Source: Azolla caroliniana (Eukaryota; Plantae; Polypodiophyta). Taken from it: a DNA stretch of 64,000 bases. The position numbers and the translations under genes were made by a program. The notes below the pieces were generated by a model. That model searched no databases, had not been told where the DNA came from, and saw only the letters and a list, made by a program, of their open reading frames with translations. Below are positions 37,038 to 48,100 of this stretch, piece by piece (position 1 is the first letter of the stretch; every line of letters begins with the position of its first letter). The stretch is from the NCBI GenBank assembly GCA_043228905.1, contig JBHGNT010000011.1, forward strand, positions 9,796,001 to 9,860,000, given 5' to 3'.

Positions 37038-38799
37038 TCAAGCATCATCGGCATCACTACTCGTAGAATTCGATTCTGAATGGAATGGAGCAGTGTCACC
37101 ACCAGCTATCCTTGCCCTATGTCAAACCAGAGAGGATGTAAAATAATACCCAAAAGCATAGGCACAGCTAAATCTCAAAAGTCGAAAAGCATGTGCAATT
37201 CACACATATATCTGAAATATTACCGCTCCAATATAAATTTCCCTTCTTTGTATTTCTGACTCTTTTCATAAGCTCTTTCCTGGAATTTGTACACAATGGA
37301 ATAATCTTTTGTAAAGCATAATGATCTCATTATGACAGGGAAACCATTAATTGCAGTATTCGTATCATCTGTTAGAAGTTCTCATCACTTACATATTTCC
37401 ATCCAACAATTTGATGGCAGGCACGGCAGTAGATATCACAAACTGTATGCAACCCAGTCGTCATCATTCGGTCCTCAATAGGTCCGGGCAGAACATTGAC
37501 GCTGACAATCAAATCGGAAGAATCAGCAACAATTTCCATTAGCCTTAAGAACCATAAGACTTTGAATGAATAGTGCCAAACCATAGATGATGTTGTCAGA
37601 TTGAATGAATGAATACCTGTGGTATACACAACCTCAACCACCTCTACAAGCATTTGTTAATTCTTCTGGACAATGTATTCTATTTTATCAAACCTAAGGA
37701 GAGGTCAGCAAAGGTTTTGGACAAGTGGAGCACTAAATGTTCCATTCAATAAATTCTTGACATTTTGGTAACAAAAATCTCTCAAAATCGAGATAGAAGT
37801 AGCAGTATTTCCCATACACGAAGAGTTTGGGCAATATCTTCAACATATTTATTTTCACTGTTATTCTAGTAACGCACTGAGAAGGTTTCTCCCATGCATA
37901 AAGCATGTGCAACATTTTTCCACCATATTGCAATCATGTTAAGGCCATGGAACTCAGCATTTACAACAAACAGGATATTTAACAGGCAAGAGAGCTTACA
38001 CTGTATTGAACAGGTATGCCTTCCCTTGGCGGCAGTGAAACATCTGGAAAAAGGAGACTCCAAAAAGTGAGGACTAGGCACAAGATTGTATTCAACAATA
38101 TCTCATCAAGATTCAGACACCAAGGACGAAGTTAAATCAAAATGTACAGCAGTACAAATTCTAGACATATTCCAAAGCTGAAGTGTTGCTGGAACAATAC
38201 CAAACAATATGAACAAGAAAATCTATGGAGTTAAACAAGTTCTGATCAAGTATTCCTACCTTACAGCAAATTTAATATAAGGGCAATGATATGTTACATA
38301 GACCAGAAAGCAGCAGTCTCGGGATAGATCAATACTGATAAACAATATGAATAATAATCAATGAGATGAATGGGAAAAGAAACCAAAATACTGGATGTAT
38401 CGCACTTGGAATAAGACAATAGTCAGCCATGATTGCTGATTGGCATAAACAATAACGAATATGCTTGATTAATCATTCCCTTTGTTATGAAGTTACTCAA
38501 CGATACTTGGGAGTGAAGATGAGATTTAATCAGAAAACGTTTGTGTTAAAATTAAAACCAGAAGAAACAATCATGGAAGTACCAGAGATGCAAACTATCT
38601 CCATCTCATAGACACATATTCTACAATCGTCTCTCATGTTGAATATAGAAAAAGTAAGAGAAATTATTCCATCTCTTTCTCTTGGTATACAGAAGGTACA
38701 TACCCTAGACACAACGTCGTCCATGTTCGCTAGATGGCTGTTGCAGAAACGGCAGCTGTAAATCCTTCCATCCAGATATACCAAAAAGACTTTCCCCAT
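37038..38799 (-). CDS. YPEL: Yippee-like zinc-binding protein, 127 aa; exons 38704-38799, 38000-38043, 37393-37501, 37224-37279, 37038-37116
   Basis: All introns GT-AG; exons 96+44+109+56+79 = 384 nt. Protein [25 protein letters not shown]...[17 protein letters not shown]...[44 protein letters not shown]...SSDADDA has the two CxxC pairs and KYKEGK signature of the Yippee family. Confidence 0.96.
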
Positions 38800-39532
38800 C
38801 CTTCCTCCCTTCTAACCCTAGAAAAAGTTCACAGACGGTTGGGTCGGCTCCTACTGCATATCCTTGCGATATATCTGAAGAGAAGCTTATATCGAAGTCA
38901 GAAACGAGGAGAAGATAAAAAGATAGGGTTCTTCTAACGGGGTACTTTCTGTAAAGAAAAATCCAGTAAAATCAAAAAGGAAACGGAGAGGGATACCCAA
39001 GAGGCAAGTTCTTGGTGGTCCACTTTCTGAAAAGAAATTTCAAGTCGTAATAAACAACGGCGAAGAAGGTCAAAAAACTCAGAAGAAGGAGAGAGAGAGA
39101 GAGAGAGAGAGAGAACAAAAGGGAAACTTACAACAGAAAAGAAACACACCAAAAAACACAGAAAAGATTGATTGTGTGAGGGAAACTTACAACAGAAAAC
39201 AGATGAAAGATTATCCGAAGGAGAAGGCCAATCAATGGCTACTTCTCCTTTCTTGTTGTCGTGGGCAAACGAAGCGCCTGTGCAGAGGCCCCCTTATTTT
39301 CTTTTCCTTGGATGGAGGAGGCAGCAAAACGGACGAAACTTATTGATAAGGAGGGGTGAGAGAGAGAGAGAGAGATCGATCAAATCATCATCATCTTCTC
39401 CTGCTTCTGCTTCCTCAGAAGAAGATGGAGAAGGAGAAGGAGAAGGAAGAAAGAATATGAAGATGACGATGGCGATGGCGATGGCGATGGGGATGGGGAT
39501 GTAGATCTGTGAGAGGGGAGGGGGATCATGCG

Positions 39533-39737
39533 AATGTATGCATGTTATGTATGTATATATGCATGTTATGTATGTATGTATGTATGTATGTATGTATGTA
39601 TGTATGTATGTATGTATGCATGTTATGTATGCATGTTATGTATGCATGTTATGTATGTATGCATGTTATGTATGTATGTATGTATGTATGTATGTATGTA
39701 TGCATGTTATGTATGTATAATGTATGTATGCATGCAT
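39533..39737. repeat. Compound (TATG)n/ATGCATGTT microsatellite upstream of YPEL
   Basis: Directly visible; it explains the low-complexity ORFs at 39509-39854. Confidence 0.95.
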
Positions 39738-40055
39738 ATACACAACATGCAAATCCCGACCTCTCTCTCTCTATATATATATTTAACTATACATGGAGGT
39801 ATATATAACTTGGCCACCAAGCCATTCCTCTCCTCTATATTTAACTATACATAGAGAGATTGATACATACATAGATTTTATTTTATTATCCGTCTTCCTT
39901 CGGAGGTCAAACATGACCCACGAGACCCAAACTATATATTACATTGTTACACGGTGTGAGTAGCGGCTCTCGATGAATGTTGCAATCAAGAGTACACACT
40001 ATTATTGTGAGAGAAATTCGTCCAAGGATTGGGTTCAATCGAAGATGTATGGAAA

Positions 40056-40227
40056 GCATAGCCGAACGTGATCCAAGGTAGAGAGCATTGTATCAAAGTA
40101 TGATACTCGGACTCCTAAACTTTTTTTGGGCAAAGTGTGCATAGTCGAACGTGATCCAAGGTAGAGCATTGTATCAAAGTATGATACTCAGACTCCTAAA
40201 CTGTTTTTGGGAAAAAGTGTGCATAGT
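40056..40227. repeat. Tandem duplication, ~82-bp unit x2
   Basis: GCATAG(C/T)CGAACGTGATCCAAGGTAGAG...AAAGTGT starts at 40056 and 40139. Confidence 0.9.
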
Positions 40228-41572
40228 CAACTACTCTCATCACTTGTGCCCCAACGCCCTGCCCTGCCCTACCTCACATCATAGTGTGTTTGAGCTAAGT
40301 CTCATGGAATGAAGCAATGGTTCAGATGGCAGATAGAGTGACAGAGATAGAGAGAGCTCTATGTGTATGTTACCCCTCCCCCCAACTTTATTTATTTATT
40401 TTCTTTGGGGTGGGGGGGAGCTAAGTTTATCGTGTCTTCCTTCTCTATTGCCTCCCGTTGTTCCATTTGCTTGTAGAGTCTTTTGGTCAATGTCCCCTTC
40501 TCCCTTTTTGTTGTCTAATGTGTGGCACATCCATCACTCATTTGTAGCCAACACTTGCATTTCTTTGTGTTCATTGCCCATCTTGAAATATAAACCTTAT
40601 TCATTATATTGTTTTGCCCCTTTTTTTTGGGTCTTCATGCTTGTTGCCCATTCCAAAACTCCCATTGAGGTTCCAGTCAAATGACCTCCTTTGTACAATT
40701 TTTGCTCAAAGTCATCATTTTTGTCTAGATTCTCCCCAACCTACAGCTAACGTGGCACACCAATATTGTAGAACCAGTGTTGACATTCTAATGTCTATAT
40801 TGTCATTCACAATTATAATCATCACGACAATGCACAATAAGCCATGTTAGATTGGTCAAATTGAGTTCTTACATGACTTCTAAACACCAACACTTGGCTC
40901 TAATGTTGAGGTTATGTCTTGTTGCTTAGTGTTCTTAATGTGTAGTATGGAAACAAGATTGTGTTGTCCAATAACAACAAAACATCCAACATTTAGACTA
41001 TGACTTTCTTCTTATATTCTAATTTAATGATTAACTCTATAATGAATAGCCAATTGTTGTCGTGATGTGGGAAAAGCATAGGGGGATTTAAGTTAAACTA
41101 GGAATATTAAAAAGGTTGAATCATAAACCGAGGGTGTAATAAGAAAAGTATATTGTGAATTGAAATTAATTATAGTAAAAAGGCCTAGCACAATAGGTAG
41201 AACCATGTGCTATGAGTGGGAGGTTAGATGGTCGAGTCCTACTTCGACCATACGAGATTAAGTGGACAACTGAATGCATAAGGCGCCCATAGGAAAAGTA
41301 GTTCAAGTGTGGTGCATGCAAAAATAAAAACACCCGCTTTTTTATTTTGGGAGAGCCTATAAAAAAGGGGAGAGGGCTCATTTGTTTTTTATTATTATAA
41401 AAAGATACTTCCCATTAGTTAGGTAGAGTGTCTTTACACTCCAATATGTACAACAGAAATGTAATCATAGACATTCAATTACATTACCCCAATATGTGTT
41501 TATCATCCTATAGTATGTAAAATTACAAAAAAATACCATGTATCTTCGTGGTTGGGTTGCCAAGGTGGAAAT

Positions 41573-41820
41573 GGTTGAGAATCAAACTCAACTTCCCTAG
41601 TGCGGGAACACACCTTGGAACTTCCCCTGTGTCATAGAAGTTAAGATTTATGTAACATATTTAGTAAGTAGTTAAGACCCCACCTCTTTCCCAAGAGGCG
41701 CTTCTAGTGAGCGAACTTAGAGAGACGGTGACTACATAAGCACCTTCTCCTTCTCTTTGTAACTGTTGGTTCATTCTTGTTTCTTGTTAACATAGTTTCC
41801 TTGTTTTCTGTATACATTGT

Positions 41821-41902
<82 letters not shown>

Positions 41903-41939
41903 CTCTTGTGTTGCACAAAATCACTCTTGATTCTTTACA
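41573..41939 (+). mobile_element. Solo copia LTR related to the 11165 family
   Basis: GTTGAGAATCAA.CTCAACTT...CTCTTGATTCTTTACA matches the 11165/16246 LTR ends; TSD GAAAT. Confidence 0.88.
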
Positions 41940-43957
41940 GAAATAACCATTTTTGCATGGTGTAACACCACTTTGGCACACCATCTACATAATCCCAAGG
42001 GTGAATCTGACCATAATTTTTGAAACAAAAGTCTTGAAGCTTCCACCATGCTTGAAGATCCTTCCCGCTCTTCATATTGAACTCGTATATTCATAATCAG
42101 ATCATACCATAGACCAGTGATAGTCTCCTTTAATCAACTTTCTTCTCCCACGATACCTACTTTGCATCATGATTTCCAAATGTTCCATAGCGTGATAAAG
42201 ACTATGGTGGGCCAGATGTTGTAGAGACAAATAGCGTGCGGAAGCAATACAAAACAGAAAACAGGTTTAATGGAGAGCTTAACAATACGCAGGAGAGACA
42301 GAGAGAGAGCACACAGAAAAACTCAATTAAAAAATACTACTCAGTTTGTACATCGTATGTGTTCAGTGAACACTTTTATACAAGTCCATCCGGACTGACA
42401 AAAGTACGGTGTACTTCAATGCTCACATGAGCGTCTGACACTAACTACGAGATATTAACTCCCTAGTAGACTAGTTGCTACTTGGCTTCCGGTTACTGCT
42501 TGATCCAGCTAATCGGCTCACTTGCTCACCGATCCGGCTCATCCTTCTAGATGTCGATCCAGCTCAGGCTTATTCAGCCGATCCAGATCTGGTTGAGCTT
42601 GCCGCTCAACACTCCCCCTCAAGCTCAATTTGAGGTCGGATTGTAGGGCCAGTCTCTATGGCAGCCGGTCCTTCCACCTAGCTCCTTCTGGCGTCACTCC
42701 GCCTCGCTCACGCTCCTCGTCCGGTCCGGTCCCGTTTGACGTGACCCTTCTGTTTCTGCGCATCTCGACCTCCTCGGTCGGCTTGTCTGCTCATCAGGCC
42801 CAAATCAGCTCCCTTGTTGTTGTGACTTCGGCGCTTGTCGTCCCGCCGATTCCTTTGTATTGGCGTCGACTTTTGTTGCCTTCTCGTTCTCTTGGCCTTG
42901 AATTGATCCGGTTCTTCCGAATCCTTTTGTAAAACCAAATCGGTTGTTTCCAATTCGTTCTAGCTCTTGTCCGAATCAGTCGCTCTCGATTCCTCTTCTG
43001 GTTCCAGGCCCTTCACCACATCGGACCATGTCCGGGTCTTGGCCTTCTTCTTCTGGTCGGCTCTATCCTTATTGACTCTGCCTCCGCTGCCGCTTGTTCC
43101 GACTTGTTCGGATGTGTCAACTACCTTTGTCGACTCGACTCCTTTCTTCTTCTTGTCTCCCCCTTTGTCGGTTCTTCCCTCACTGGCGCAATCGACGGAC
43201 TCTTTGCCTTTGCCCATTCCGGTGTCTTTGCCCATTCTCCCCCTCAAGTGTGGCACGTCGAGATGCTGAACACCAATAATTTCGGTGAAGTGCTGCAACT
43301 TGTCCGATCCAAGCGATTTGGTGAAGATGTGGGCAACTTGCCGATCTTTATGAACATACCGAAGTTCGACTTCACCGCTCAGGACACGCTCACGCACAAA
43401 GTGGTACTGCACTTCGATGTGCTTTGTGTGAGCATGGAATACGGGGTTCTGTCATGGCAAGACTCGAACCCATGACTTTATGTTACATGGGTCGAGCTCT
43501 TACCATTAGATTATGAATTGTATTTTGTAGGATATTATTTTCATTTATACTTTATCATAGAAAATTGATGTATATTCCAGATCTCTCTGGAACATTCTAG
43601 AAGCTTCAGGATTATTCCTAAAAACACTATAAAAGGAGGCACAAGGCATTGTTTTGAACCAAATTGGTTCAACGCCAGTCTTAAGCCTCTTAGCCGCTTG
43701 TACTTATCTTTTCACATAATATATAACCGCTGTCATCATCTCTCTCTCTCTCTCTCATTCTCGCTATCTCTCTCTCTCCTCTTCTCACTTCCTCTCTCGG
43801 GAATCTTACGCAGTCCCGTCCTCTTAGTACTAATAGTACTGCTGTTCTTAGTACTAATTCCATCTCTGTTTTAGTACTATTCCTGACAGTTTGAACCCAT
43901 TTCTTCCTCTAGCCTACTTGTCACTCTCCCTCATCCTCCTACCCTTTTCCCTATACT

Positions 43958-45115
43958 ATGGCTACTGTCAGCGCCCAAGAATACCAATCCGTTTTCTCCG
44001 AGCTACAGTGCCTAAAAGAAAAGTTTGTTGCCCTGGAACAAGAAAACCAACGGTTGATAGGGGATCTGCAACAAATCGCTCTGGAAAAACAACAAACGCA
44101 ACAACAACATGGGGAGTTAGCGTTACGGGTACAACAACTCGAAGCAGCGTTGCAACAACAAGGATCCAGTCCCCAAGGATTTCATAAAGAGCCCAAGATT
44201 GGACTTCCTGTGAAATTTGATGGAACGCGTTCGCAATTCCGGGGATTCCTTAATCAGGTACGCTTAGTCATCCAGATGCATCCTTCCCGATATCCCACTG
44301 ATGCATCTCGAGTCGGCCTAATAGGCACGCTACTTAGCGGCTCAGCCTTGGCATGGTTTGCTCCGCTTCTAGAAAAACAATCACCCTTACTTAATAACTT
44401 TGAAGATTTTATTGGTGAGTTTAAAGCCTGCTTTGGAGACACCGACAGCATCAGGACGGCGATCAACAAGATCCGGCGATTGCGTCAAGGCGATCGTCCA
44501 GCCTCTGCCTACGCGGCGGATTTCCGCCTACTTGCTTCAGATATACCCTGGGATGATCAAGCACTAATGGAGCAGTTTCGCTATGGCTTGCGAAACAATG
44601 TCAAAGATCTACTTCTAACTTTCCCCGAAGAACCAAAGTCTCTTACGGAGGCAATCAGTCGAGCAGTTCGATGTGACAACCGCCTTTTTGAACGGCGTTC
44701 AGAACGTCAATTACAGATACCACGCTCTAGGCCAGAGCCCACTTATGCCGCAGTCGCGGCTAAACCGTTTGCACGGGACATACCTCAAGCAAATACTTCG
44801 ACACCGATGGAGATCGATACCATGCGTCGACGCGGCCTGTTATCGGAAGAAGAAAAGCAACGACGACGTGCCAATCGATTATGTCTTTATTGCGGTGGAC
44901 CAGGACATATCGCCATCAATTGTCCCCATAGGCCAAGAAGACAGGTAAATCAAATCGTCGCTTGTACTAAACCCGTGTCAATTCTTCCCTTTGGAGTGTC
45001 TGATAGTATTAATAGTACTAATAGAGTGTCAGATAGTATTCATAGTACTAATAGCCCAAGTATCTCAAATAAATTTGAAATCCTTAGTCAATTAGATGAA
45101 GAGTTAAACGATTGA
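43958..45115 (+). CDS. Gag (coiled coil, capsid, CCHC knuckle), 385 aa
   Basis: PVKFDGTRSQFRGF, LRQGDRPASAYAADF, PMEID, CLYCGGPGHIAINC. Confidence 0.95.
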   Translation: MATVSAQEYQSVFSELQCLKEKFVALEQENQRLIGDLQQIALEKQQTQQQHGELALRVQQLEAALQQQGSSPQGFHKEPKIGLPVKFDGTRSQFRGFLNQVRLVIQMHPSRYPTDASRVGLIGTLLSGSALAWFAPLLEKQSPLLNNFEDFIGEFKACFGDTDSIRTAINKIRRLRQGDRPASAYAADFRLLASDIPWDDQALMEQFRYGLRNNVKDLLLTFPEEPKSLTEAISRAVRCDNRLFERRSERQLQIPRSRPEPTYAAVAAKPFARDIPQANTSTPMEIDTMRRRGLLSEEEKQRRRANRLCLYCGGPGHIAINCPHRPRRQVNQIVACTKPVSILPFGVSDSINSTNRVSDSIHSTNSPSISNKFEILSQLDEELND

Positions 45116-48100
45116 GTCCAGCCAAAATAGGAGCCATTTGGTTGGACAACAGCCCTAGATCTGTACAGCCCATTAGTGGTTCCATTCCTTCCAAGCAAGT
45201 TAGCAATGTGTTCCTAGCCCAAGTCATTGTTAGTACTAAAAGTACTCCCCCAGTACCCGTCCTAGCACTTTTAGATTCCGGAGCTAATTCCTGTTTCATG
45301 GATCGAAATTTTGCCCAAGCTTCTCAGATATCCTTAAGAAAACTTCCTTGTCCCGCATCTGTAGTGGTCATTGATGGTCGTCCCATTGCTTCCGGGAATA
45401 TTGTAGAAGAATCAGAACCCATTCAAGTTGTCCTAGGTAGTTTTATGTGTATAATATCATTTAATATAATTAGTAGTCCAGAGCATCCCATTGTCCTAGG
45501 ATTACCTTGGCTTGAATTACATAATCCAGCCATAGATTGGAGAACAAGAGAAGTCCGATATCGACCACCCCAAGAAGCAACTCACCGAGTTTCGACCATT
45601 TCACTCCATCAACTACGCGAAGAAGGACCCAAGGAGGCAATGTTCCTATTTGCCATATCAGTACATCCTTCTAGCACTATTAAGAAGGACTCCTCAATAC
45701 AACTTCCGGCAAAATATCATCCTTATGCCGATGTATTTGACAAGGTAAAAGCCGGTACCCTTCCTCATCACCGTCCCTATGACTGTCCCATCGATTTACA
45801 ACCAGGAGCCGAGCCACCATGGGGACCAATTTACAACTTGTCACCCACCGAGTTAGAAGTCCTTCGAGCCTACATAGAGGAGAACTTGGCAAGCGGGTTC
45901 ATCCGTCATTCGAAATCTCCGGCCGGTGCACCCATCTTCTTTGTCAAGAAGAAAGATGGCTCACTTCGTCTTGTCGTTGATTACCGCGGATTGAATAAAG
46001 TCACCATCCGGAATAGGTATGCACTTCCTCTTATATCAAGTCTTTTAGAGCGAGTTAATGGTGCCAAGTTTTTTACTAAAATCGACCTACGAGGAGCGTA
46101 TAATCTCGTGCGGATCCGACCGGGAGATGAGTGGAAGACCGCTTTTCGCACGCGGTATGGGCATTTCGAGTATACTGTTATGCCGTTTGGCCTAACCAAT
46201 GCACCCGCAATCTTCCAACACATGGCAAATGATATATTCAGAGACCTCTTGGATATCTGTTTGATCATTTATTTGGATGATCTGTTGATTTATTCGAAGA
46301 CCCAGGAAGAGCACGACTCTCATGTACTATTAGTACTAAAGCGACTCCGCGAGAATGGTCTTTATGCCAAGCTAGAGAAATGTAGCTTTGACTGCAAGCA
46401 AGTGGAATTTCTAGGCTACATCATCTCCTCAAAGGGCATCGCCATGGATCCAGCTAAAATCCAAACTGTACTAGAGTGGCAAATTCCACGGTCGGTACGA
46501 GATGTACAATGTTTTCTAGGCTTTGCTAACTTCTACCGTAAGTTTATACAGGATTACTCGAAGATTATTTTACCTCTCACACAACTTACGAAGAAGGGCC
46601 AAGCATTTCTTTGGTCCATCGAAGCAGATATGGCTTTTCGGCATCGTAAGAAAGCCTTTACATCAGCACCGATTCTAGCTCATGTGGATACAAGCAAACC
46701 ATTCATCATGGAGGCCGACGCATCAGATTTCGCCCTCCGTAGTATCCTTTCTCAACAAGGCGATAAAGAAGAGTTGCATCCGGTGGCTTTCCATTCGCGC
46801 AAATTCAATGTCGCAGAAATCAACTACGAAATACATGACAAGGAGTTATTAGCCATTGTGGATTCATTTGTACAATGGCGGCATTTCTTAGAGGGCTCTC
46901 CACATCAGGTCATTGTCTTTAGCGATCATAAAAATCTTGCTTATTTTCAGAACGCTCGCGTACTAAATCGACGGCAAGCTCGGTGGGCGCAATTCCTCAC
47001 GCGTTTCAACTTCGAAATCACATATCGACCGGGGAAGCAGCAAGGAAAAGCAGATACACTATCACGAAGTTCATATCTTGCACCTCGTCCTGGTGACGCA
47101 ACATTTGATAATCAAAAGCAAGTAATCTTGGGACCAACACGATTGCACACGACGCGGATTTTTCACACCCCGATGGATTCACGGATTACCGATGACATAC
47201 GTGCAACCTTGAAGACGGATAGTTTTGCTCAAGACATCCTGGCGCACATTGATACTTCTCGGGCATCCTGTTCTCAGTCTCAACAACCAGGTATTGACTA
47301 CCGACAATTCGAATATCATGATGGTTTGTTATTCTTTAAAAAGCGCGTATATGTCCCCGATTGCTCCTGTCGCCTTCAAATCGTCCAACATTGTCACGAC
47401 ACCCATACGGCGGGACATTTCGGTAGTACCAAGACGTTGGAGTTAGTGCAACGATCTTTTTGGTGGCCCCACATGCGCCGTTTTGTCGACGACTACGTTC
47501 GGACCTGTGATGCTTGCTGCCGAGCAAAGATGCCACGACACCATCCATATGGCTTGTTGGAACCTTTACCAATTCCAAGTAAGCCATGGCAGTCTATTTG
47601 TCTTGATTTTATCACAGATCTGCCGGTCTCGAAGGGGTTCGATGCTATCCTAACCGTCGTCGATCGATATACGAAGATGGCACATTTTGTGCCATGTACT
47701 AAAGCCATCACTAGCGAGGAAACCGCCGCTCTTGTTATGCGTGAGGTATTTCGGCATCATGGCCTACTAGACAGTATTATCAGTGACCGAGGCCCGCAAT
47801 TTGTCTCCAAATTTTGGCAGCATCTCTTCAGGATGCTCAAGGTCTCCTGCAACCTCTCCTCCGGCTACCATCCTCAAACTGACGGACAGGCGGAACGAAC
47901 AAACCAAACGTTGGAGCAATATCTCCGGTGTTTCCTGAGTTATCAACAGGACGATTGGGCCGAGATTCTCCACTTTGCGGAGTTTGCGTATAATAATGCT
48001 ATTCACTCCTCGACTCGGGTCTCCCCATTTGTCGCTTATACCGGTTTCCATCCTCGTTGGTCGGTGATCGACACTCCGGAGCTACCTACCAACCCTCGTG

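Noticed and set aside
39172-39854. Plus-strand ORFs upstream of YPEL
   Set aside because: They are translations of (GA)n, (GATGGC)n and (TATG)n simple repeats.
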